A stretch of 64,000 bases of DNA from the human T2T-CHM13v2.0 reference genome, Homo sapiens. This document shows positions 12,745-27,197 of the stretch, in pieces. The position numbers and the translations under genes are program-made. Positions within the stretch are counted from its first letter, which is position 1. Every line of letters begins with the position of its first letter. The stretch lies in NCBI RefSeq assembly GCF_009914755.1, contig NC_060937.1; one strand, given 5' to 3'. The notes below the pieces were generated by a model. The model had not been told where the DNA came from and did no database searches. It worked only from the letters and a program-made list of their open reading frames with translations.

Positions 12745-15470
12745 TGGGATATGGGCAAGATGGCCAACTAGATGCAGCCCGAAATGCTGCTCCCATAGGG
12801 AGAGACCATGATTTCAACTACATCAACATAATTTGAGCAGATCTCCAGAGAGAAAACACCAAATATGTCTGGAGAAAAGACTCAGATTCTGAGGCTGAAG
12901 AGGGGGGAAGCTGGGAAGCCGGATTGGGGAAGCTGTGAGGCCGGATTGGGGTGGCTGAATGCTATAGACCTTTGAGATCCTAGCTGCAGGGGAACACACA
13001 CCCTCACAGATGTATGAGCTGCCAGGGGGATCTCCTTGGAGATTAAAGACGGAACTGCAGTGGGCACAGAGCCAGGAACTTTTCAGGGGTTGGGGAGGGC
13101 GGTGCCAGCTGTGTCAGCTCCCACAGAGCCTGGTCATAAGACCCCAACGCTCAGGGCTGCCTATTTCTCTCTGACAGGCTGAGGTCCCAGCTAAATACTG
13201 GGGAGATAGCAGGGTCCACTTCCCCACAAGACTGGGACACATTTGTCCTACAGGTTCCCTTGCCCGCCAGTCCTTCCTCGGGACCCTGCCAGGCCACCCC
13301 ATAGGAGCATGTACACAGTGCAATCTTCACTGCCCAGCTGTGTAGTCTGCTCCATCTGAGTGCAGTCCTACAATCTGAGAGCCCTTTGGATCCCCCACCA
13401 CACCCAGAACACAATCGTAACATCTGGAGGATGAACCACTGGCAGGTCCTGGCACCCCGGGGCTGCATCCAGAGGCTCAGGAGTGTTGAGTGGAGATCAA
13501 TGCTTGACACTCCAATAGGAGAGCAGCCTACACCCTCAGAAAACTGAGAGTTTTATGGGCTGGCGTGGGGTCTAGGGATGCCTCTCTGAAAAGGGCTGAT
13601 CTGGTGAGGGTATGGCTTTTCTTCTTACCAGACCTCCCCCCAAGAGAGGCCTGAGGCTGGAAAGACCTAATAACAACAACAACAAAGATAAAAATCATGG
13701 GCACAGTACCAGTGATTGGAGATAGCTCCCCTAAGGCCCATGAGCTGACCTGGTGAGGGAGTCACCCCTTTCCCATCACATCACACAACATAACTGCAAA
13801 CACAAGGATATACAAATGAACTGCATGGCTGAGTAAGAGCCTATGTACTGCTCACTGCTCTGAAATACTATCTACTGGATTGCAGCCCAAACCGCAACAC
13901 CAATAATCATGTTGCTAATTTTCCCTGCTGTGAAACCAAGGGCAAGAATCCAACAACAAACAAAAACCCTGTACAGAGTATTAGCCCTCTGAAAACTTCC
14001 AGAAACAAAGCCAAATCACTATCAATTTTCACCACAGTTAAAGAAATACCAGCCCTCCCAGGTGAAAGAGAATCCATGCAAGAACCCTGTTAATTCAAAA
14101 AGCCAGAGTGTTCCCTTACCTCCAAATGAGCCCTCTAGCTCCCCAGCAATGGTGCTTACTAGTCTGAGCTTCCTGGGATGACAGACACAGAATTCAGAAT
14201 CTGGATGGCAAGAAAGTTCATTGAGATAGAGAGCAAGTTGAAACTCAATCCAAGGAAGCCAAACAATCAGGTTAAATGATTCAAGAGCTGACAGATGAAA
14301 TAGCCATATTAAGAAAGACCCAAACTGAATCTGCTCAGCTGAAAAATTCACTACAAGATTTCAAAATACATTCCGAAGTTTTAACAGCAGAATAGACAAA
14401 GCTGAAGAAATCTCAGAGATCAAATATGGGCTCTTTGAATCAACATAGTCAGACAAAAATAAAGAAAAATAATTAAGAAAAATGAACAAAACCTCCAATA
14501 AATGTGAAATTATGTAAAGAGACCGAATCTATGACTCATTTGCATTCCTGTGAGAGAATGAGAGAGAACATGCAACTTGAAAAATATATTTGAGGATATA
14601 GTCCATGAAAATTTTTCTAATATCACTAGAGAGGTCAACATGGCAATCTAAGAAATACAGACAACTCTAGCCAGATTTATTATACAAGGTGACCTTCCTA
14701 AGGCAAATAGTCATCAAATTCTCCAAGGTCAATCCAAAAGAAAAAACATCTTAAAGTCAGCTAAAGGAGAAGAGCAGGTCAGATGGAACCCCATCAGGAT
14801 AACAGCAGGCCTCTCAGCAGAAACTTTACAAACCAGAATAGATTGGGGGCATTTTTTCAGTGTCCTTAAAGCAAAGACATTTTAACACAAAATTTTATAT
14901 CCTGCCAAAATAGCTTTGGTACTTTCAATGAAAGAGAAATAACATCATCCTCATATAAGCAACTGCTGAAGGAAAAATCATTTCAACTAGACCAGCATTA
15001 CAAGAGGAACTTAAGGGAGTGCTAAACATGGATTCAAAGATTGATACCTACTACAGCAAAAGGACTTAAGCACATAACCCAAAGGCACTATTAAGCAACT
15101 AAACAATCAAGTCTATGTAGTCACCAGTTGACAACATAATGATCCACATGTATCAATACTATTCTTGAATGTAAATGGGCTAAACACCCCACTTAAAAGA
15201 CACACAGTGGCAGATTAAATAAAAGATAAGACTCAACCATCTGTTGTCTTCAAGAGACCCATTCGCGTGTAAGGACACCCACAGGCTCTAAGTGAAAAGG
15301 ATAAAGAAACAAATACCTACCATGCAAATGGAAAACAAAAAAGACCAGAAGTGTCTATTCTTATATCAGATAAAATAGCCTTTAAACCAATAAAAATTAA
15401 GAAAAATGAAGAGCATTACATAATGATAAAGAGTACTATGAAACAAGAAGCCTTAACTATTCTCACTATA
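12745..15470 (+). mobile_element. 5' part of an L1PA13-16/L1P4-type LINE-1 (5'UTR, decayed ORF1, start of ORF2 endonuclease), 3'-truncated
   Basis: Starts gggcaagatggccaactagatgcagc; ORF1 remnants ~14040-15030; endonuclease peptide [25 protein letters not shown] in ORF 15351. Confidence 0.9.
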
Positions 15471-15618
15471 TATATATGTGTGTGTGTGTGTGTGTATACA
15501 TATATATACATATATATACATATATATACACATATATACATATATATACATATATATACATATATATATACATATATACATATATATACATATATACATG
15601 TATATATACATATATATA
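15468..15618. repeat. (TA)(TG)n plus (TATATACA)-type compound microsatellite
   Basis: Direct reading; about 150 bp of alternating purine-pyrimidine. Confidence 0.97.
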
Positions 15619-15904
15619 AAGAATTACATAATGGAAATAAAGATAAGGATTATGAAATGCAGTGGGTCTTTAAGGGAGCAAGAGGAGTTTTTAAATAACT
15701 ATTATCTAAAACCCAAAAGCAAATATTAAAATCTCTGAGAATAATAAAAAATACTGGGATTATTATAATCCCAAAGAAACATATCAAAGTACCAGGAATA
15801 AGTATATGCACAGAATAACATAATAACATAATATTCCCTTTTAGATTTTCCAAAATATTTATAAGAGGAAAATATCTATTTTGAATATGTGCTGCCTTAA
15901 AAAT

Positions 15905-18100
15905 GGGGACATCTGTTTGAAGATGGTGAGATGAGCATACATGGTTTATTTCCCCTCCAATAAGCCATTGAAATGAAAGTACAGAATTAGAAAGGCAAAT
16001 TTATTTGCAAAAATACTGTTGATGGAGAACAGGAGTCTCTATGAACTAACTATTTTAATGAAACTCTCAGTAAAGGCAGCTGGAATCATACTGATATTCC
16101 AGGCAGATACCACCGATATGAAAGAGTCATAGCTAAGAAACACACAGACACATTTTTCATAGTGAGTCGTGGCTTATTGCAGAGCCCTTGTTGCTTAGTT
16201 ACTGAGAATTTCAGAGAAAGTAGGGTCAGAAAATAAAGTAATTGAAAAAAACAAGTCTTCAAAGTATCTGCGTTATTTGGCCATTCTTATACTGCTTTCT
16301 TCATCACTACTTGTTCAGTGACATATATCCCTATCTGAAAACAAAAAAGAATATTTCATGTAATCTTTCTTGGAGGGATTAGTGCTGCCACGCGGAAAAG
16401 TGGCACCACCAAAGATGCTCTATGTTTGGCTGTAGCTGACTTGGGATTGGGATGTGAGAGAGGAGCCTGTCTCCTTACTTCTCATCTATTCAACATAAAG
16501 TTAAAAATTTCAGCCCAAAATACAGAAACTTCATATTAAAAACTGCAATAAATTATCACTCGAAAGTGACGTTAGTGAAAGCAGAGAAGACCTGTCACTA
16601 AAAACCAACCTCTGATTTTTTTCATAAATAATCATGAGTAGAGGCAAGAAGAAATAGCTATAGGATGTAAAGAAAATTTTCAGTAAATATCAATTACGGA
16701 AAAAATAAATAGCAAAAAAAACTTTGTAAAATTTATAATACATTGTTGAAATAAAACAACAAAAAATAAAAACTAAAGGAAATTGTGGCATTTTTAATTT
16801 TCCTGTGATAAATTTTTTTAAAAGAGGAAGTAACTGGAAATACAAGAGGAAGGTTATTATGTCCAAGTAGATAATCTTAAGAATATTGACATACAGCAAA
16901 TAGGCATTTAAGAAAGAAAAATAAGAGACAAAAAGCATAGAAAGAAGAAAATAATTAAAATATTAAGAAAATTTTATAATTTAAGAAAGTCAGAGCCATT
17001 CACATTTTAGAGAATACAAGTGTCATATAACATGTTGGAGTCTCAAAAAAAATAAATAAACATGTTGGAGAATATGGGTGTTATGTTCTAACTAGACACG
17101 TTTACCTGAAATTTTTGAGTATGAGGGCTAAAGAGAAATCCATGAAAATTATTCTGAGAGTGTGTTTTGTTCATTAAAAAGGAACATACACCACATTAAC
17201 ATCAGATTGTCATCACAATCTCTGAAAGTAAATCAAGCAATGTCTTCAATGATCTAAGAGAAAAGAGTTTTGAACATAGAATTTCTTGTTCTAGAAACAT
17301 ACCAATCAAGCATAGTCAGAAGATAGAGTCACATTTAGGCAGGCAAGGACTCAAATATTTTTCTCACACATATATTTTTATGAATTAGTTGATGATAGAC
17401 CTTAAAAACCTAAAAAAGTCCTTGTCCCCCAAAAAACGAGACTAAACAGAGACAAAGACTAATGGATCAATCTAAAAAAAGTAATGTAAAGGAATAAATT
17501 GTTCTGTGGGACTAGATGACAAAGTTCAAATCAGTATAAAAAGTTCGTAAGCTGAAAGAAAAATATAACAAAAGAGGAAATATATTTTTCATAAGTAAGT
17601 TAAAAGTTGGATAATGTGAGCGAGCAAAGTGTATCAAAACAAGAAAACATATTGTAGTCTACTTATCCTTCCTTACATCCTGCTAAATTATTTCTCTATA
17701 TCCTATGTAACATCCTGTTTTTAGTGGCATAGACTGTAGCACATTTCTTTTTACATATATCCTAATATATATTTTGATTATTCTGGGATTAATATTTATA
17801 TAATCAAGTAGTTATAAAATCAGTCCATTAATTTGCAATTTTCAAAATATAATTTTCATTTATTATTAAGTATTGGCATCAAAATATTGAAATAATATAA
17901 AATTACAGGTGTAAAAACTCACTTATAGGTCTTGACTTGTATTCAAATTTAATAACACATCGAATAGTATTTTAAGATGAGAGGTGAAGGACAGGATATA
18001 AACAAAATTAAGGGGGTACTAACTTCTTAATGTGTAAAGGAAACGAAGGGTAAATTGATATTGCTTAAAATCAGAAGGAACACTGACTGTAATATTTAGC
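15905..18100 (+). mobile_element. HAL1 / ancient L1M (5' end and ORF1-like remnants)
   Basis: 5' aagatggtgagatgagcatac...tttatttcccctcc; gcaaggactcaaatattt motif typical of HAL1. Confidence 0.6.
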
Positions 18101-18478
18101 AGCAGTTATTTCTGAATGCAGCTTGGATTCGGAAAAGTGACAACTTTCTCAGTTATTAACCACGAGAACAAAAGGTAAAAAAATCCCCAGTGGCTGTTAA
18201 TGATTAAAATGAATACTTTACGTCAGAACAAACAGATATTTTATGACTAAATTTTACATTTTTATTGATGTCAAATATAAAACATTTGAATTCCAAGCAA
18301 CTTTACTGCTTTGGGAGATGACCCTAGATCCAAATTTATGATGTTTTCCAGAAAACCACTGATCTATCTGCTTCTGGTCAAATGATTGAAATACCACAGT
18401 GAAGGATCATTATTAAAGTAGTCCATAGTAGTGTTACAGCAGCCCCTCAGTGTACTTGTGTAATCATTTGCCCATATA

Positions 18479-18810
18479 CTGTCTTCCCTAGGTATCTGTG
18501 GGGGATTTGTTCCAAGGCCTCATGCGGATATGAAAATTTGCAGGTACTCAGATCTGTAATATAAAATTGTTTAGTATTTGCATATAACCTATGCACAGCC
18601 TCTCCTATACTTTAAGTCATCTCTAGATTACTTGCAATACCTAATACGGTGTAAATGCTATGTAAATAATGGTTATAATGTACTGTTTAGAGAATAATGA
18701 TGAAAAAGGTCTGTACGTGTTCACCATAGTACAATTTTTTTGTGAATATTCTCAATCTCTGGTTGGTTGAATCTACAAATGCAAAACCCATGGATACTGA
18801 GGGTTGACTA
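18479..18810 (+). mobile_element. MER2 (TcMar-Tigger MITE)
   Basis: ggtatctgtggggg...gtatttgcatataacctatgcaca...catctctagattactt...ggatactgagggttgact, TA flanks. Confidence 0.9.
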
Positions 18811-19789
18811 TATATTAATATATACAAGTATTAAGACACTTAACAAAAATAGAGAATATATATAGAAAATATGGTATAATATATAATATGAAATATACCA
18901 TAGTATATGCAAATGAAAAGTTGTTTCCTCCACAGTGAATGCTTTATAACTTAATTAAGTTTATCCAGTTTTCTAATAATAAACTCTTGCATAATATAGA
19001 ATCTGTTTATAAAAGAAACCACACATTTGGCTTTAGTGTTTGGGAGCACAATTACACTATGACCATAACACCTACAGCCATAGCTCTGAGTCAGCTTACA
19101 GTAACAGGGCATAATTTTGTTGTAACAGTCTTTGAATAATTTAAATATATATGAAAAGTTCTTTTTCTAGTTATTCAGCACAAATTTTAAAAATACATAC
19201 ACAAGCATATAAAAGGTAGGTTTATACTCTTATCTTTCTGTATTCTAATTTTAAAACACCAAACTAAAACTGTGTGTAAAACTGATTTCATAATTACCAC
19301 TTTGAAATATCAAATGAACTTATATCTTAGCTCTCTAAAACCTAAAAGTGATTTTGTTTTCATTTTTTTTCCATTGACTCTAATCTATTTGTGCATCTAG
19401 ACCTCAATTATAAAGCTGTTTCCTTGTAAGGTTAGGCTGAGGAAATACTTTTTTTCTGGATTCAGTCACATTTTCACAGTAGCAAGTAAACTGAAAACCA
19501 GTCTAGCACTTCCCTTAATTATGTCTGCAAACACTTTACTTCAATAAACACTCATTTTTATATGTAAAATGAAGATAGGTTTCTAAAAATGATTTGAAAA
19601 ATTATTTTCAAGAGATATGTGTTTTTAAGAACTGTTTTGTTTTTGTGTTTCTTTATGTTCTCTGTTATCAACTCTGGTATACATATTTTGAATACATAGA
19701 TATTCAAAATATCTATGGAGCAAAAAAATGTTTATTTTGATCTAATTAGTGCCATCCTTTGGAAACTCTTGCTAAGATAAGCTTAGCAA

Positions 19790-20585
19790 AACTTGTCTTG
19801 GTTGTTGAGACTGATGATGCCTCATACACACCAAAAGGATATGAAGAAATGTATTACACAACCAGGTTCTCTGGAGAGAATGTGGAAGCTCCCAAGCAGA
19901 TCTGAAACTTCTTAAGAAAGCAGAGAAAGGAGTCTGTCTTGACTTGTGTGAGGGTCCCACATGCATTGAGGGTGGCATGGGGTAAGGGGTTGCAAGTTTT
20001 GAGCTTCCCAAACACCAGCAAAGGAAAAACTCAAACTTTCTGCTCAGCTTGCCCTGATCTGAAGCAGAAGAGGAACAGTAAGAGTTGAGGCTTAAAAGTT
20101 ATTAGCCCTCAAACATCCAAAATGTAAATAGAACTGAAGGTCATTATGTTAAATGAAATAAGACAAGAATAGAAAGACAAATATCACATGTTCCCACTCA
20201 AATGTGCGAGCTAAGAAAGTGAATCTCATGAAAATAGATAGTATTAGTGTTGCCACAGTCCAGAAGCATAGCGGGAAGAGAGGGATGAAGAGGTTGATTA
20301 ATGTATACAAAAATATAGTTAGATAAAAGAAGTAAGACTTAATGTTTGATAAATCAGTAGAGTGAAAATAATAAAGAACAATCTGTTTTATATTTCAAAA
20401 TAGCTGGTAGAGCTATTTTGGAATCTTAGGAACATAATGAAAAAATCAATGTTTAATGTGAAGGGTATTTCAATTACTCTGATTTGATTTTTACACAGTA
20501 TACAAATGCATCAAAAAATCACATATACTCCCAAAATATGTACATTTATTATGTATCAATAAAAATGTAAATAGACTCTATTACT
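19790..20585 (-). mobile_element. ERVL LTR (LTR47-like), interrupted by L1MA
   Basis: Minus strand starts gtaatagagtct...ttttggatgtttga...ttttaagcctc...; halves joined across the L1 TSD. Confidence 0.55.
20133..20561 (+). mobile_element. L1MA 3' end, 5'-truncated
   Basis: L1MA 3'UTR ending tatcaataaa; perfect 14-bp TSD aaaatgtaaataga (20119-20132 and 20562-20575). Confidence 0.88.
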
Positions 20586-22167
20586 CTAGGAGATAAAAAA
20601 TGTGCATACTTCATAAAATTTGGACATGATGACTCTCTCTTATGATACTGATATAATTTGTATTATTCTGAATACCCAGTGAAATATAGTGAAAAGTAGG
20701 AATTCACCTTACTACTCAAGAAAGCCAGATATTATGTTTATCTTATTATAGTCCACTGACCACCATCCATTTTAAGTTGCTAACTTTGTTATGGAATGCT
20801 TTCCTCATACCAGAAAAGAATTCCTGACATAGATAAGCTCCCAGAATTGCTATTAATAGTTACATTTAGGCAGCATTTTATCCTTTACCTCTGTAAAGAG
20901 ATAACTTTACCAATCTGGGAGCAGGCTATTGGGGACAAGTACTGAATTATTGTATATCTTATATTACAAAATGAATATACACTCCAGTTAGCAATTACAC
21001 TCACCAATAGACATTACATATTATTTTGTCATTATTTCAAATTCATATACCATATGCTTTTATGATTTAGCATGGACCTAGATTTATTATGGGCCTAGAT
21101 TTATTATGGGTTTAATAAACAGCTAGAAAACATAAGCCTGACCCTTCTTCATTAGTTTTACTGCTGCCTGATGCAACAGGGGGATAATATTAAATTACTT
21201 CACCTCAAAGTGAATGTATTAGTGTTTTTTTCTCCTTCAATTTAGTTGGAACCAACCAGCAATGCAGAGTGGTGGAGGCTTGGAAATAAAGAGTAAGGGG
21301 AAAAATAGTACATTTTTAAATAAAAATAAATCAAGTTATGTGTACTGCCTAGATTTCTTTGGACTCTAAATCAAAATATCCAAACGCAGGCTGTTCAGTG
21401 GAAAGGACAACTTGTCCTCAAACAACATTTTTCTAGCCCCATGTACATTGGGTCTAAAACAAGAAACAAATATTAGATGTGCTTAAGATAAATAATTTAA
21501 ATATATGTTTGTCTTGATAACTTCTTTACACTTCCTTTTGAGATTTGCTCTTAACACTTGAATATCAGAAATAGTTTAACCTATTTGTTTTCTTATATAC
21601 ATTAAATAACTGAGAAACTATATTTCTAAATTTCTAAATATGCCAACGAATGATAAATGACTGTATGCTACAGTATCTCTTAGTGATATATACAGATAAT
21701 TTCACTTGATCTTCACGACAGTCTTATGTGAATGTTTTCATTACTTCCTCTTAACAATTGTAATCAAGCAAGTTAGGATAGAATTTGGTATCAGAAATTA
21801 GTACAATTTATAAAACCTACATGTAGAGCTTACTGTATGTATAATAAAACAATGTTAGTGAATGGATAGCCATCCCCAGCTGAAAGTTGGTATCTCATTT
21901 TATGTGGTGGCAAAACATTTCATCAAGCTATTACTGCTATACATTGGATCTCAGAATATAGGCTGAAGAAGCATGTAGTACTAGAATGTATAATAAGAAA
22001 AATAAATATAAAACATTGGAGTGTGTAAGTTATAAGTGATCAATCTGAAATCAAGGATTAAGGAAAATAAGATCTTATGAAATAGTCAATCTCTGCCTAT
22101 AGCCTTGCAGGGTTGAAAAATCCACATTTTATAAAGCAAGCTGAACATAGTAAATGCCTCAGCAGAA

Positions 22168-23636
22168 AATAATCCTAAGCAAAAAGAACAAAGCTGGAGA
22201 CATCGCCCAACTTCAAACTATACTGTAAGACTACAGTAGCCAAAACAGTATGGTACTGATACAAAAACAGACATATAGACCAATGGAACAGGTTACAGAA
22301 CCCAGAAATAAAGCTGCATACTTACATACTTACATATCTAATCTTTGACAAAGTTGACAAAAATAAGCGATTGAGAAAGTTCTCCCTATTCAATAAAAGG
22401 TGCTAGGATAGCTGGCTAGCCATATGGAGTAGAATAAAACTGAATCCCTACCTTTCACCATACATAAAAAATGACTCAAGCTTGACTAAAGATTTAAATG
22501 TAAGACCACAAACTGTAAGAATCCTAGAAAAAAACCTAGGAAACACCATTCTGGACATCGATAATGGGAATTAATTTATAACTAAGTCCTCAAAAGCAAT
22601 GGCAACTAAAACAAAAATTGATAAGTGGGATTCAATTAAACTAAAGAGTTTTAGCACAACAAAATAAATAATCAACAGAGAAAGCAGATAACCTGCAGAA
22701 TAAGAGAAACTATTTTAAACCATGCATCCAACAAAGGACTAATATCCAGAATCTGTAAGGAACTTAAACAATACAACAAGTAAAAAACAAACAACCACAT
22801 TTAAAAGTGAGCAAAAGACAGGAACATTCAAGACATACAAGCAGCAAACACGCATATGAAAAAAATGCTCAACATCACTAATCATCAGAGAAATGCAAAT
22901 GAGATACCATCAGAATGGCTTTCAGAATGGCTATCATTAACAATTAAAAAAAAACAACAGATGTTGGAGAGGATGTGGAGAAAAGGGAGTACCTATACAT
23001 TGTTGATTGGAATGTAAATTAGTTCAGCCACTATGGGAAGCAGATTGGAGATTTCCAAAGGACTTAAAACAGAATTACCATATATATATACCAAGTGATG
23101 AGATTGCTGGGTCAATATATATCTACCAAAAAGAAACATGAGCTCATATGTTTATCACAGATCTAGTCACAATATCAAAGACGTGAAATCAACCTAGTTG
23201 TCTAACAGTGATGGAGTGGATAAAGAAAATGTAGTACATATACACCATGGAATACTATGCAGCCATAGAAAGAAAGAAAATCATGTCCTTTGCGGCAACA
23301 TGGATGCAGCTGGAGGTCCTTATCCTAAGCAAATTAATCCAGGATCAGAAAACCAAATGCCACATATTGTCACATATAAGTAGGAGTTAATGTTAGGTAT
23401 TCAGGGACATAAAGATGGCAACAATACACACTTGGACTGCTAGAAGTGGGAGAGAAGAGAGCGAGGGTTGAAAAACTATTAGGTGCTATGCTCACTATAT
23501 GGGTGATGAAATAAACCATACTCTAAACCTCAGCATCATGCAAAATACCCATGTAACAAACCTGCACGTGTACCCCTGAATCTAAAATAGAAGCTGAAAT
23601 TATGATAAAGAAACAAAATAAATATAAAATAAAATT
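22168..23636 (+). mobile_element. L1PA15/16-type 3' 1.5 kb (ORF2 C-terminus plus 3'UTR)
   Basis: aaaaagaacaaagctggag...aacctcagcatcatgcaa...gtacccctgaatctaaaata, A-rich tail. Confidence 0.9.
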
Positions 23637-23689
23637 AGGTTAAGTACCTAACATTAAAAGATTTTTGTTCAGCATATGTCAAGTTAACT

Positions 23690-24830
23690 GTATTGCCTTC
23701 TGTCAAAAGGTTATTGTTTTGAAATACTTGAAGACAGTGTCCATTAAGCTAAGCTAAGACTAATGGAAAGGCAGAATGCAAAGGATGATAGATAAAATAA
23801 CCAAACTGAACCAGCAACAAAACAAAAACTAACACCTCAGCATCAAAACTATGTCTACAAACTCATTGGCTATGGTTATAAAGTATTGGAAGGAATTTGA
23901 TGGAAAAAATATAAAAACATTAATAAAGCACAACACAAAGAACAAAAACAAGACTGGTTAGACACATCTCTTAACTCTTCAACACTTAAAAGCATTTTCT
24001 GGATCCATGAATTTTCACCAGCATAAAATGGACTCTGAATGTTATATATTCCCTAAAATAACTCCATCTCAGCTGTAGCCATGAAGAATAATAAACAGGA
24101 AAGATAATTTCAGAGGACAGAATCAAGAAAATAAGACCACTGACATAGCTCTGGGTTTTTGTAATTCTTTTCTATCAGGCTATTTGAAATGTACTTCTAG
24201 ATGTTTTTTAAATTCCCCATTCTGAACAGGGGAGTTTACTGCAGTTACCATGTTCCATCTCTATAATTATATAGTAGAGATGTTTAGGGGAGATAGAATG
24301 CTTTTATGGCTATAGTGTGCCACACATGGAGCCACTTATAGACTTTGATGGTATCAATTATCTCTAAAATTACTGGAACTCAAGCAAAAACTGAATAAGA
24401 CTGTTTATTGAGGAGGTGAATTGAAATCAATGCATTTCCCATACACTGTACATGTGGAATATAACACGTGTATGCATCTTGAGTAGACAAAAGGATGGAG
24501 CCAAGCAGACACTATTAATTATCTATCCAATAAATGTTCACATCCTTTTTACAGATAAAACTACAAGTTTGCTCAGGGTGACACTAGCCCAACTTGAGGA
24601 AATAGGTCACAAATTGGTATAACCCAATCATGTCACTCCTATTAGCAAATCTCCTACTGATGCTCTGTGTTACGTGTGGCAATATATCCAGCAATAGACA
24701 ATTAGACCTAAGTAGAAAGCTGGTGAGTTGAAATGGGGGCAATAGTGTTTCTCAGAAAATGTTAACATTTCTGACGAAGAACAGGGCCCTTTATCGATTT
24801 TTTTCTGCCTTCACTGAGTGTTGTGTTAAT
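23690..24830 (+). mobile_element. MaLR MLT1 internal 3' segment plus MLT1(J/K-like) LTR from ~24500
   Basis: ccccattctgaacaggggagtttactgcagtta (MLT-int like), then gcagacactatt...tttgctcagggtg. Confidence 0.5.
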
Positions 24831-25489
24831 GTGAAAATCTTCCCTAAATGAGTGTTAACTTGTAGGATATACTAAAAGTTAAACAGATACAAGTATATTT
24901 GGGATATGAATACAGGTAAAATGACTCTAGAGCCTATTCTCTTACCACTGTATTCAACAGCTGCCTGGCATATGCATTTACCAACAAGAATATATATGAC
25001 ACAAAGCATATATTTCACCAAATAAATAATGTTTGAGTGAATTTGTTAAACCATACCCCAATATGGCATTAAAAATATATGATTAATCTTTTGCCTAAAT
25101 ATTTGTAAAAAATGTTTTACTTAACAACCTGCCCATTTAAATCATAAAGAAACTCCAAAGATTATCCTTAATTACCCAAAAGAGCTGATCTTGTCATGTT
25201 TTGGCCTGATCATTTACATAGATGTATCAAGAAATGTTAACCAAAGAAACTCCTTCAACCATGTCATATTGAACAACTCCTGAGGTCAGAGAATTAATGT
25301 CTGTCTAGAAATTGTGTATAATTACATGAATGGACTTTTTACATTCTGTATTAATTATTCTTTTATCTTGACATTAGGAATAATTCCCCCCAACCAAAGA
25401 AAACAAAACAAAGACATTTCTTCACCATGTTACACCTGTTATATTTATAAAGTCTGGTAAATTTTGTTTTCTTTAAGGTTACCAGAATT

Positions 25490-25908
25490 GGTTAGGTGTG
25501 CTGACTTGCCAGAAAGTAATCTTTCTTGTCTTCACTGAAACTGTGATGCTGTGATTCTAGTAGATAACTGGTAACCTGACCCTTGTCAGTGGTGAGCTTA
25601 GCTGGGTTATAATGCAGGATTCTCAGTATTTCTTTAAGTACTCTTTAAACGTGACTGCATTGAGATTCTCTCCCCTTAGCCATCTCAAAGGAGTCAGACT
25701 TTATATATAGTGGCTAGTTTTCCCCAAAATGTGTAAGTCTAAATGGTCAGGCTTTCTTAAGGTTTAGGTCACAATCAAACATAGTGCACCTCTGCTATTG
25801 ATTAAATCAACTAACAGTTAAACCCATACTCAACAAGAGAAGACTAAACAAGGTATGAATACCGGATGGTATGCTTCATGGCAAGCCACCAAAGTAACAC
25901 TGTACCAC
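25490..25908 (-). mobile_element. MaLR MLT1 LTR
   Basis: tcagactttatatatagtggct...caaggtatgaataccggatggtatgcttcatgg...taccac. Confidence 0.6.
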
Positions 25909-26469
25909 TATTTTTGTATCATATAAAATCTGAAGCCAAATAACTGACAAACATCTATTCAAATAATAATTAAATAAATGACAATAGAATGAATACTTAA
26001 ACTCCAAGTTTATAAAACCTACTGATATGGTTCCTATTTAAGTGTAGTCATGTATTAAAGATGACCATCCAAAATAAATATGATTGAGATGTTAAAATGC
26101 ATTTCAGAAAGGTTATTAATTTTAACAACAGAAGGTTTGTAATATATATGATAAATATCTGGAATTAAAAACTATAAATAACATGTATTTTCATAATAGA
26201 AAGCATAATTATGATATCAAGCACTCACTATAGTATATCAGCTCTTATCCTACAGCTTTATGATAATAGGCTAAAAAGTCTAATCAATAGTTGCAAAAAT
26301 AGATAAATGAATTTTTGAATAAATGATATATTATGTGAATGACTTATGATAGGTAAAAATATAAGGTTATACAAGATTTAGAAGTTATAAATGATTCCCT
26401 GAATACATAATAATCAATGGTAAATAATCTTCATGGTATAAACTGATCAGTACTTTATAAGTGTGGGCC

Positions 26470-26596
26470 ATATTATTAGCTCCATGAATTCTGGAACCAG
26501 GTTGTTTCATCATTAAATACCCAGTGCCAGGCACATAGGAGGTTCTTAAAAGTAATGTAAATGCTTGTTGGGTAAATTAATAAATAACTAATGAAA
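26470..26596 (+). mobile_element. L2 3' end
   Basis: agctccatga...tacccagtgccaggcacataggagg...aatgcttgttg. Confidence 0.65.
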
Positions 26597-27143
26597 AAAT
26601 TCAGCTGAACTGAATATTTTGAAATGCAAATGATTTGTGGATTTCTTACTTCTTACTGTCACTCTATATCAGGCAGTAATGATAGAGATTAAAAGGAAAC
26701 CACAATGTAATACACCCTAATATGAAATACTAAGGATATGTGCTTAATGTGAAAAGAAATATGCTCAAATTATTTTTTATATTTTTAAAACTAATAAATA
26801 CCAAGAAGTGTACTTACAGGCATGTATAAGATTTTAACTTTATCAAAATTTGGAATGATGAAATAAAGTAAAATATTTCAAAAAGCTAGCTTAACATGAA
26901 TTTTTTATATATAATTCCCATAAAACCTAAAAATAATTAATTTAGACATATTTGTATTAACATAAAATTAGTTAAATCAGTCAGGTTCTAAAATACATCT
27001 TCACCCTAATTAAAAATATTTGTTTCTACATTCTGACATACTTTAATTTTGATGTATTGTTCCCACACATTTTCAAGGAAATTATTAACATATCTTATAC
27101 CACAGCTTGGAAAACATTTACTTATTTTACTTTCAAAACATTG

Positions 27144-27197
<54 letters not shown>

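Noticed and set aside
15351-15729. IY/HT/CV-rich ORFs here and at 11828, 27006, 43927
   Set aside because: Translations of dinucleotide microsatellites.
18140-18210. Possible 22-nt microexon (ctcag|...aag|gtaaaa) and HNF1-like gttaatgattaaa
   Set aside because: Short motifs expected by chance in 64 kb of AT-rich DNA; no supporting context.
21077-21110. Short perfect tandem duplications (17 bp here; 13 bp at ~45736; 21 bp at ~47461; 22 bp imperfect at ~12908)
   Set aside because: Ordinary slippage duplications with no further structure.
12745-23636. The 5' L1 piece (12745) and 3' L1 piece (22168) as one interrupted element
   Set aside because: The intervening DNA contains older elements (HAL1, L1MA) that cannot have inserted into a younger L1, and there is no shared TSD.
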